DNA of 64,000 nt from an uncultured Fibrobacteraceae bacterium. GTDB lineage: Bacteria > Krumholzibacteriota > Krumholzibacteriia > LZORAL124-64-63. Made by a program: the position numbers and the translations under genes. The notes under the pieces are model-generated. The model was not told the origin of the DNA. It did not search any database and saw only the letters and a program-made list of their open reading frames with translations. This document shows, piece by piece, positions 21,123-28,001 of the stretch; the stretch's first letter is position 1, and the number at the start of each line of letters is the position of its first letter. The DNA lies in assembly GCA_964607825.1 (NCBI GenBank), contig CAZSNA010000001.1:23697-87696 (forward strand). The letters run 5' to 3'.

Positions 21123-21185
21123 ATCGATGGCTTCCGGTAGACCTCCCAGTGACCATCGATCCCCTCCGCACCGTGGAGTTCAAGG

Positions 21186-22919
21186 ATGAACCGACCGATC
21201 GTTCCGCACAAGGTCCTTCCCCTGTCGATGCTGTTGCTCCCCCTGCTGGCCTTCTGGGCGGGGTGCGCCGGCGTCCCGGATTCGTCCCCGCGAGCGGCGG
21301 TCGACGTCGATGCGGCCGTTCCCGTTCCGGCGCCCGTCGACACCGCCGCGACGACCGCAGAAGTCCTCGCGGAGCCCTCGCCTCCCCCGCAGGACGGCGA
21401 CGGCCTCGCGTTGCAGCGCGTGCTCGAGGAACGGCCCGACCTGGCCCAGCTCGATCGCGCCTACCGCCAGGCCCTCGAGCTCCTCTCCCGGGCCCAGTAC
21501 GAGGCCGTCGAGGATCTGCTCTTCCTGCTCAAGGGCGAGACCGTGACCACGGTGCCCGCGGACCGCGACAGCCTGGCCCGCGCCTTCCTGTCCAGCCTGG
21601 ACCGTCGCGTGGGCCTGCTGGCTGGCGTCCTGGCCGAGGACCGGACCCTGAGCACCTCGGTCGCCGCCGACGACTCCCTGCTGACCGAGGCCTACGCCAG
21701 CCTGAAGGGTCTGTCCTTTCCGGACTCACTGATCCCCGTCTCCGGCGAGCGGCGGCGCGAGCTCCAGCGCGATCTGCTGCTGGTGGAGAACGAGGCCGTC
21801 GACAAGTGGATGGCCTACTTCACCGGCAACGGCCGTCTCAGCGTGCAGGCGTGGCTCGACCGCAAGGCCGCCGTCGACTCCCTGATCTACGCGGGACTCG
21901 ACGCCGCGGGCCTGCCCCGGGAGCTCATCTACCTGGCGGCCATCGAGAGCGGCTTCAATCCGCGCGCCCGCTCCGAGGCCGGCGCGGTGGGCACCTGGCA
22001 GTTCATGGCCAGCACCGCGCGCCATTTCCACCTGCGCTGCGACTGGTGGGTGGACGAGCGCCAGGATCCCGAGATGGCCACCCGCGCGGCGGCCACCTAC
22101 CTCTCCCAGCTTTACCACCACTTCGGCGACTGGGCCCTGGTGCTGGCCGCCTACAACACGGGCGAGCACAGGGTCGACCGCGCCATCCGCCTGGCCGGGC
22201 ACGACGACTTCTGGCGCCTGCACCTGCCCTGGCAGACACGCAACCACATCCCCAAGTTCATCGCCGTCGCCCGCATCTGCGAGGACCCGCTGGCGTACGG
22301 CTTCGAACCCACCGTCGCGCCCGCCCTCGGCTACGACGTGATCGACGTGACCGATGCCACCGACCTGGATCTCATCGCCCGCTGCGCCGACGTGGCGTCG
22401 GACGAGGTGGTCGCCCTCAACCCCGCCCTGCTCCGACGGGCCACGCCCCCCGGCCGCTCGGACTACCCCGTGCGCGTTCCCACCGGCACGGGCGCCCCGG
22501 CCCTGCGCGCCCTGCGCTCGATCCCCCTGGCGGAGCGTCTCACCTGGCGGCGCCACGTGGTGGAGCGGGGCGAGTCCCTGGGCGCCATCGCGGATCGCTA
22601 CGGCACCTCGGTCCGCGACATCGCGCGTCTGAACGGGATCGACGACGTGGCCCTCATCCATCCGGGCGACCGGTTGCTGATCCCCATGCCCGCCGAACTG
22701 GCCGAGCGGGCGCGCCTGCGCGTCGCCGAGAGCGGTCATTACGTGCCCCCTTCGGGCTACGAGCGCGTCAGCTACCGGGTTCGCTCCGGCGACACCCTCA
22801 CCGGCATCGCACGCAAGCTCGGCGTCACCCTGCGGCACCTGCGGCGCGTGAACAACATGCACGGCAACGCGCTGATCCGGCCGGGCGATCGCGTCTATGC
22901 GTACAGACCCCCGCGGTAA
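21186..22919 (+). CDS. mltD: Membrane-bound lytic murein transglycosylase D-like lipoprotein (SLT domain plus two C-terminal LysM domains)
   Basis: Lipoprotein signal MNRPIVPHKVLPLSMLLLPLLAFWAGCAG, SLT core AAIESGFNPRARSEAGAVGTWQFM...AAYNTGEHRV, and two LysM repeats (YVVERGESLGAIADRYG..., YRVRSGDTLTGIARKLG...). SD aagga before the ATG. Confidence 0.8.
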   Translation: MNRPIVPHKVLPLSMLLLPLLAFWAGCAGVPDSSPRAAVDVDAAVPVPAPVDTAATTAEVLAEPSPPPQDGDGLALQRVLEERPDLAQLDRAYRQALELLSRAQYEAVEDLLFLLKGETVTTVPADRDSLARAFLSSLDRRVGLLAGVLAEDRTLSTSVAADDSLLTEAYASLKGLSFPDSLIPVSGERRRELQRDLLLVENEAVDKWMAYFTGNGRLSVQAWLDRKAAVDSLIYAGLDAAGLPRELIYLAAIESGFNPRARSEAGAVGTWQFMASTARHFHLRCDWWVDERQDPEMATRAAATYLSQLYHHFGDWALVLAAYNTGEHRVDRAIRLAGHDDFWRLHLPWQTRNHIPKFIAVARICEDPLAYGFEPTVAPALGYDVIDVTDATDLDLIARCADVASDEVVALNPALLRRATPPGRSDYPVRVPTGTGAPALRALRSIPLAERLTWRRHVVERGESLGAIADRYGTSVRDIARLNGIDDVALIHPGDRLLIPMPAELAERARLRVAESGHYVPPSGYERVSYRVRSGDTLTGIARKLGVTLRHLRRVNNMHGNALIRPGDRVYAYRPPR

Positions 22920-22957
22920 CGGAACCGCGGGGGCCTTTCCCGAATCGCAGACTGTGA

Positions 22958-24046
22958 CTAGAAGCGGGCGGTGAGGCTGATCCGATGGGTCTCCTCGTCG
23001 ATCCCGAGCATGTCGCCGGCGTAGGCGTAGTCGATGGTCAGCCGCGAGACGCGGAAGCCGGCGCCCATGGTGATGTCGTTCAGGCTCCAGCCCGAATCGA
23101 AGCCTCCGCGCAGGAAGACCTTCTCGTGGAAGGCCAGCTCGCCGCCGAAGTGGATGTTCGTGCTGAGCGAGCCGGCGCTGTACTGGTCCGCCTCGCGCCG
23201 GTTGTCGAAGCGCGTCTCGGCGCTGGTGGCCAGGGTCACGCGCGCGCTCCACTCGGGCAGCATCAGGTGGTAGGCCAGGGCGGGCACCAGCGCCGGGCTG
23301 ATGTACTCGGTCAGGCTGTAGCCGTCGGGTCCGCTCCAGGCCAGCACCGTGGTGGTGATGTCCTGCAGCTTCAGGCCGAAGTCGAGGCCGCGCCAGACGC
23401 GAGGCCGGATCAGGCCCAGGTCGAGACCGATGCCCAGGCTGTTGTAGTCGCCCACGCTCTGACGGATGAACTTGACCGAGCCGCCGAGCTCCCAGTCGCC
23501 CTTGCGCTCGGCGTAGGACGCGAAGACGGCCAGCTCGGAATCGCTGGCGAAGCGGAACTGGTCCTGGAGGGTGAACAGGCCCTGGAGCTCGTCGTCGTCG
23601 ACGACGTCGTCGCCGTTCACGTCGAGCTGGTCGAAGAGGTGGTCGGTCAGGGGGATGTCGTCGATGCCGACCCGGATGGCCGAGACGGCGAAGGCGCCGT
23701 CCTCGCCGCCGAGCAGGGACCAGTCCACCGGCTGGGCGTAGGCCACGTAGTCGCGGTCGATCAGGTCGCCGAAGCGCTCGGCGTGCATCAGCAGCAGGTT
23801 CCGCTCGGCGGTGCCGGCGAGGCCGGCGGGGTTCCAGTAGGCCGCCGAGGGATCGTCCGCCACGGCGGTGAAGGCGCCGCCCATGGCCAGGGCGCGGGCG
23901 CCACCGCCGTCGTCCATGAAGGCGCCGGCGTACTTGGCGGCGTCGGCCGCGGCCGGGACGAGGGCGAGACAGGCGGCGAACAGCACGAGCGCCGTCCGCG
24001 CGAGGCGGGGCGACCGGCCGGTTCCGGGATTCGACATGAAGGCTCC
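22958..24046 (-). CDS. Outer-membrane beta-barrel protein of the FadL/PorV-PorQ-like family (candidate T9SS-associated OMP)
   Basis: Signal peptide MSNPGTGRSPRLARTALVLFAACLALVPAAADA followed by the family-typical GGGARALAMGGAFTAVADDPSAAYWNPAGLAG motif. Alternating beta-strand pattern, C-terminal aromatic (…LTARF). GAGGAG SD before the ATG at ~24044-24046. Confidence 0.5.
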   Translation of the reverse strand, partial: GAFMSNPGTGRSPRLARTALVLFAACLALVPAAADAAKYAGAFMDDGGGARALAMGGAFTAVADDPSAAYWNPAGLAGTAERNLLLMHAERFGDLIDRDYVAYAQPVDWSLLGGEDGAFAVSAIRVGIDDIPLTDHLFDQLDVNGDDVVDDDELQGLFTLQDQFRFASDSELAVFASYAERKGDWELGGSVKFIRQSVGDYNSLGIGLDLGLIRPRVWRGLDFGLKLQDITTTVLAWSGPDGYSLTEYISPALVPALAYHLMLPEWSARVTLATSAETRFDNRREADQYSAGSLSTNIHFGGELAFHEKVFLRGGFDSGWSLNDITMGAGFRVSRLTIDYAYAGDMLGIDEETHRISLTARF

Positions 24047-24096
24047 TCGCATTCCCAGGGGTCAGGAATCAGGGTCCGGGACGTTCAGCAAGGCCG

Positions 24097-24118
24097 TCCG
24101 TGGCGGACGGCCCGCTCA
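24097..24118. other. Perfect 9-bp stem hairpin (GGCCGTCCG-tggc-CGGACGGCC) in the fleQ/OMP intergenic region
   Basis: Direct reading. Lies just downstream of the fleQ-like stop and within the first ~30 nt of the predicted OMP transcript. No U-tract. Confidence 0.5.
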
Positions 24119-24119
24119 C

Positions 24120-24149
24120 ATTATACGACAGGGCCCGCACCGGGGCCAA
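24120..24149 (-). promoter_or_regulatory. Sigma70-like promoter for the PorV-like gene (TTGGCC-N18-TATAAT on the minus strand)
   Basis: Reverse complement reads ttggccccggtgcgggccctgtcgtataat with a perfect -10 hexamer. Confidence 0.4.
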
Positions 24150-24162
24150 GCCCGAGTCCGGT

Positions 24163-25743
24163 CTAACCCAGTCCGTACTTCTTGAGTTTCCGATAGAGCG
24201 TGCGCTCGCTGATGCCCAGGCGTTCGGCCGCCAGGCGACGCTTTCCGCCGGTCGCCCGCAGGGCCTGTTCGATCAGCGCGTGCTCGGCGCTCTCCAGGTC
24301 GCCGTCGCCGGCGACGGGTTCCGTCGAGTAGCCGGCCTCGCCGGCGAAGGTGTCCACGACGCGGCCGTCGAAACCCACCGGTCCGCCCACGGGACCGTCG
24401 ACCGACAGGGCCGCCTTGATCCGCTTCAGGTCCTCCCGCATCTCCAGCAGGGTGGCCATGATCAGTTCGGTCTCCCGCCCCGCCGTCATGGGGCCCACGG
24501 GCACCGGCAGCCGGTCCGCCCGGCCGGGCGCCCGGCCCGTGAGGATCTCCTCGGGCAGGTCCGCGGTCTCGATCATGCCGGTCTGCTTGAAGACGGCCAT
24601 CGACCGGATCGCGTTGCGGAGCTCACGCACGTTGCCGGGCCAGGGATAGGACGTGAGCAGATCCAGCGCCGGGCGGGCGATGCCGCGCAGGGAGAAGCCG
24701 TGCTCGCCGTTCTCCTGCTCCAGGAAGGTCCGGGCCAGGATGGGGACGTCCTCAGGCCGGTCGCGCAGCGGCGGCGTGGGGATGACCACCACGCGCAGAC
24801 GGTAGTAGAGGTCCTGGCGGAAGCGCCCGGCCTCCACCTCGGCGGCCAGGTCGCGATGGGTGGCCGCCACCAGGCGGATATCGCTGCGCTCGGTGCGGGT
24901 GCCGCCCACGGGCGTGAACTCCCCCGTCTCCAGGGCGCGCAGGAAGCGGGTCTGCATGGCCAGGGGCAGCTCGGCCACCTCGTCCAGGAAGAGGGTGCCC
25001 CCGTCCGCGCGCTTGAAGACGCCGTCGTGACGGCTCACCGCGCCGGTGAAGGCGCCCTTCTCGTGACCGAAGAGCTCGCTCTCCAGGACGCCCTCGCTCA
25101 GGGCGCCGCAGTTGAGGCTGACGAAGGGCTTGTCGGCGCGGCGGGAATGGTGATGGAGGGCGCGGGCGACCAGCTCCTTGCCGGTGCCGCTCTCCCCGAG
25201 CACGAGCACGTTCACGTCCAGGGGGGCCGCCTGGGCGATCAGGGCGATCATCTGGTTGACCGCGCGCGAGCGGCCGGCGATGCCGCTGCGCTGGCGCACC
25301 TCGCGCAGCTTGAGCAGCCGCTCCACCTCCAGCCGCAGCTCGTCCGCGCCCACGTTGGGCGCGAGCCGCCGCAGGGCGCCGCGATGGGGCTCGTCCTGCA
25401 GGCCCGACAGCACGGCCGGCGTGCCCAGCAGGATGAGGTCGGCGTCGCCCTTGAGGGTCAGGAACTTCTCGACCACGTGGCGGGAGCGGCCGAACTCGGC
25501 GGTGTCGAAGATCAGCAGGGCGCCCTCGCCCTCGGCGAAGAGGGCCAGGGCCTCCGAGGGGGAATCGTGGAGGCTGAGATCGACGCCCGGCAGGTGCCAG
25601 TCGGCGACGGTCTTGTAGAGGGCGGGTCTGCGTCCCAGGAGCGCGACGACGTGCGACACGGAAGGTCCTCCTGCTATTCTGTCAGACGATATGACATGCG
25701 AGCGCTCGGCGAGTGCGCGGCCAATCCGCTGATACGATAGCAT
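24163..25743 (-). CDS. fleQ: Sigma54-dependent transcriptional activator, FleQ/FlrA-like (degenerate N-terminal receiver-like domain, AAA+ sigma54-interaction domain, C-terminal Fis-type HTH)
   Basis: Walker A GESGTGKELVARALH, GAFTGA motif (EKGAFTGA), HTH GGKRRLAAERLGISERTLYRKLKKYG. N-terminal ~140 aa lacks the DD/phospho-acceptor pattern. Sits at the edge of the flagellar cluster. Confidence 0.75.
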   Translation of the reverse strand: MLSYQRIGRALAERSHVISSDRIAGGPSVSHVVALLGRRPALYKTVADWHLPGVDLSLHDSPSEALALFAEGEGALLIFDTAEFGRSRHVVEKFLTLKGDADLILLGTPAVLSGLQDEPHRGALRRLAPNVGADELRLEVERLLKLREVRQRSGIAGRSRAVNQMIALIAQAAPLDVNVLVLGESGTGKELVARALHHHSRRADKPFVSLNCGALSEGVLESELFGHEKGAFTGAVSRHDGVFKRADGGTLFLDEVAELPLAMQTRFLRALETGEFTPVGGTRTERSDIRLVAATHRDLAAEVEAGRFRQDLYYRLRVVVIPTPPLRDRPEDVPILARTFLEQENGEHGFSLRGIARPALDLLTSYPWPGNVRELRNAIRSMAVFKQTGMIETADLPEEILTGRAPGRADRLPVPVGPMTAGRETELIMATLLEMREDLKRIKAALSVDGPVGGPVGFDGRVVDTFAGEAGYSTEPVAGDGDLESAEHALIEQALRATGGKRRLAAERLGISERTLYRKLKKYGLG

Positions 25744-25804
25744 ATGTAAGAAGCGGACGCCAGCCGGAGGGGCGCCCGCTTTCCTGGCGTGTCAGGTGTC
25801 CGGA

Positions 25805-26272
25805 TCAGGAATGACGGTGGAGATATTCCATGTCCAGGCCGGTCAGGAAGGCCTGGTAGCTCTCGCCGCTGCCGGCCGCCTGGCCGCTGCGCAGGGCGAG
25901 CGCCTCGAGCGATTCGGCCGCCGAGCGCAGACGACCCAGGAGATCGTCCAGGGAGTCGGGCAGGGGCGTCTCGTCCCGGGGCGGCGTCTTCAGCCGCGTC
26001 TGTTCGATCCGATAGGCGGCCACGCCCGTCGGCGCGGCCACGCTGGGCTCGGGCGCCGTCTCGACGACCGGTTGCGTCTTCGCGACGGGACGGGGGCGGA
26101 TGCGCGGCTCGGGGCGGCCGGCCTTGCGCAGGGGCGGTTTCCCGCGCCAGCGTCGCCACTGGAGATAGAGGGTGACCACGATGGCGGTTCCGCCGGCGGC
26201 CAGCGCCACCGCGGCCAGCCAGGCCAGGGTGGTGTTCCCGCCGTTCATGCCGTTGACCATGTCGAGTTCCAT
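25805..26272 (-). CDS. Hypothetical single-pass membrane protein (N-terminal TM, Pro-rich linker, C-terminal helical domain)
   Basis: TM TLAWLAAVALAAGGTAIVVTLYLQW followed by RRWRGK (positive-inside), high GC3 coding. Downstream of fliA in the same orientation. No family recognised. Confidence 0.4.
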   Translation of the reverse strand: MELDMVNGMNGGNTTLAWLAAVALAAGGTAIVVTLYLQWRRWRGKPPLRKAGRPEPRIRPRPVAKTQPVVETAPEPSVAAPTGVAAYRIEQTRLKTPPRDETPLPDSLDDLLGRLRSAAESLEALALRSGQAAGSGESYQAFLTGLDMEYLHRHS

Positions 26273-26295
26273 CTGCGTCCCCTTCCGGGTATCCC

Positions 26296-26607
26296 TCAGG
26301 CCCGGGTGTCCAGCCGCCGGCCCACGCCGTCGGCGTCGTCCTCTTCGGTCTCGTCCCCGGCCGCCACCTCGGCGTCGCGGGAGTCGGCCGCCTCGTCCTG
26401 CTCCCGTTGCCGGCGCTCGTCCGGATCCACGCGGGAGCGGGTGTCCGTTTCCTCGGTCTGCTTGACCCGGTCCACGCGCTTGTCGTCCTGCGCCGTCTTG
26501 CTGGCGGCGGCGGGGTCGGTCTGGTTGGCCTGGCCCTTGGCCTGGGTACGGGCCACGTTCGAGGCCTGGCTCAGGGTCGTGTTGACCGAGATGCCGTCTG
26601 CGGCCAT
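26296..26607 (-). CDS. Hypothetical highly charged, probably disordered 103-aa protein
   Basis: D/E/R/Q/T-rich (…TEETDTRSRVDPDERRQREQDEAADSRDAEVAAGDETEEDDADG…). Immediately downstream of fliA. Lacks the conserved FlgM C-terminal motif. Confidence 0.35.
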   Translation of the reverse strand: MAADGISVNTTLSQASNVARTQAKGQANQTDPAAASKTAQDDKRVDRVKQTEETDTRSRVDPDERRQREQDEAADSRDAEVAAGDETEEDDADGVGRRLDTRA

Positions 26608-26629
26608 GGCCCCTCCTCTCCCCTGCCCG

Positions 26630-27574
26630 CTAGGTTCTCAGCGGGACATCCAACTCCATCAGGGCCGACGCCAACTTGATCAGCGGCGGCATCGCGAGAC
26701 CGGCCATGATGTTGATCTTCTCCACCAGCTCGCGCTTCAGATCCGACTCCTCGCCGTCGCTGCGCTGTTCGCGGATCTCGCGGGTCAGGCGGCTGAGGGA
26801 CTTGCGACCGTCGCTGCGCTGGATCTTGCCGCGCAGCCGCAGGATCGCCTTGGTGTGGATCTGGCACACGCGCGATTCGGTCACGTCGAGGATCTCGCCG
26901 ATCTCCTTGAGGGTGAGCTCCTCGTAGTAGTAGAGCACCAGCACGAGCTGCTCCTTGTCGGAGAGCTCGCCCAGGCTGCCCGCGACCAGGGCGCGCATCT
27001 CGTCCTCGGAGACGCTGGTCTCGGCGTCGGGCGTGCGGGTGTCGGGCAGGTAGTCGCCCAGACTGGAGCTGTTGGAATCGTCGTCCGAGTTGTCGGCGTC
27101 CAGGGAGACGATGGTGGCCACGGCCACCTCGTCCATCATCTGCGACAGCTCGCCGCGACTGACGCCCAGGTCCTTGGCGATCTCCTCGTCCGTGGGCGTG
27201 CGCCCGAAGCGCGCCTCCAGTCTGACGAAGGCGTCCTCGAGCTGGCGCGCCTTGCGGCGCAGCGAGCGCGGGAACCAGTCCTGCGAGCGCAGCTCGTCGA
27301 GGATCGCGCCGCGGATGCGCGGGATCGCGTAGGTCTCGAACTTGTTCCCGCGCCGGTAGTCGTAGTTGTCGATGGCCTGGATCAGGCCCAGCAACCCGGC
27401 GGAGATCAGATCCTTGTGGTCCACGTAATGGGGCAGTCCGATGGACATGCGCCCCGCCACGAACTTGACCACCCGCGCGTAGAGCTCGACCAGGTCCCGG
27501 CGGGCCTCCTGGTCCTCGCCCGCCTGCAGGCGCTCCCAGAGTTCGAAATGGGCGATGGTTTCTGTCTTCAGCAT
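26630..27574 (-). CDS. fliA: Flagellar sigma factor sigma28 (FliA/SigD), with a ~60-aa C-terminal extension
   Basis: Region 2 (HKDLISAGLLGLIQAIDNYDYRRGNKFETYAIPRIRGAILDELR), region 3 and region 4 HTH (LTLKEIGEILDVTESRVCQIHTKAILRL). 314 aa, against ~240 typical. Confidence 0.9.
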   Translation of the reverse strand: MLKTETIAHFELWERLQAGEDQEARRDLVELYARVVKFVAGRMSIGLPHYVDHKDLISAGLLGLIQAIDNYDYRRGNKFETYAIPRIRGAILDELRSQDWFPRSLRRKARQLEDAFVRLEARFGRTPTDEEIAKDLGVSRGELSQMMDEVAVATIVSLDADNSDDDSNSSSLGDYLPDTRTPDAETSVSEDEMRALVAGSLGELSDKEQLVLVLYYYEELTLKEIGEILDVTESRVCQIHTKAILRLRGKIQRSDGRKSLSRLTREIREQRSDGEESDLKRELVEKINIMAGLAMPPLIKLASALMELDVPLRT

Positions 27575-27612
27575 GCAGTGCCTCGTTGTGGGTGTCGGGT
27601 CTCGTTCAGGTC

Positions 27613-27627
27613 AGCAGTTTCCGTGCC
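27613..27627 (-). promoter_or_regulatory. Candidate sigma54 promoter upstream of fliA (GGCACG-N5-TGCT on the minus strand)
   Basis: Reverse complement gGGCACGgaaacTGCTg satisfies GG-N10-GC with a strong -24 element. About 40 nt upstream of the fliA ATG. Confidence 0.35.
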
Positions 27628-27632
27628 CGTCG

Positions 27633-27983
27633 TCATGGGGTCGCAGCCTCTTCGGCCGCCTTCTCCTCCGCCTCGCCGATGAGCTGCTTCTTGCGCTCTT
27701 CCTTGCGCCGGTCGCGCTCGGCCTGACGTTCGGCTTCCGCCTTCAGGCGCGTCTCTTCCTGCTCCTGCTGCTTGCGAAGTATCCGCTCGTGGTCCTCGCG
27801 CACCCACTCGTCGTGGATGCCGGCCCTGAAGACCAGGCTCAGGAGCGATCCCACCAGGTAGAAGGCGAAGTAGGCGATGGCCGCCCGCTTGAGCGTGGGC
27901 AGCGCGCCGAAGTCGCGCAGCAGCGCGTGGAGGATCGTGATGAGGGCCGCCCCCATGGCGGCGCTGTTGACGAACATCCGCAA
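27633..27983 (-). CDS. Hypothetical 116-aa protein: two predicted TM helices plus a K/E/R/Q-rich charged C-terminal tail. Occupies the slot where flhG/fleN normally lies
   Basis: MRMFVNSAAMGAALITILHALL…AYFAFYLVGSLLSLVF then …RKQQEQEETRLKAEAERQAERDRRKEERKKQ…. Fits exactly between flhF and fliA. Confidence 0.45.
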   Translation of the reverse strand: MRMFVNSAAMGAALITILHALLRDFGALPTLKRAAIAYFAFYLVGSLLSLVFRAGIHDEWVREDHERILRKQQEQEETRLKAEAERQAERDRRKEERKKQLIGEAEEKAAEEAATP

Positions 27984-28001
27984 GGGTCTCCTCCTTCAGG
28001 C

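Noticed and set aside
22920-22957. Possible bidirectional terminator between convergent mltD and the PorV-like gene
   Set aside because: Only short, imperfect GC stems (cgggggcctttcccg) in a 38-nt gap. Not convincing.
26296-26607. 103-aa charged protein downstream of fliA as the anti-sigma factor FlgM
   Set aside because: It lacks the conserved FlgM C-terminal helix motif, which is present in the 54779-55153 protein. Kept as a hypothetical protein only.
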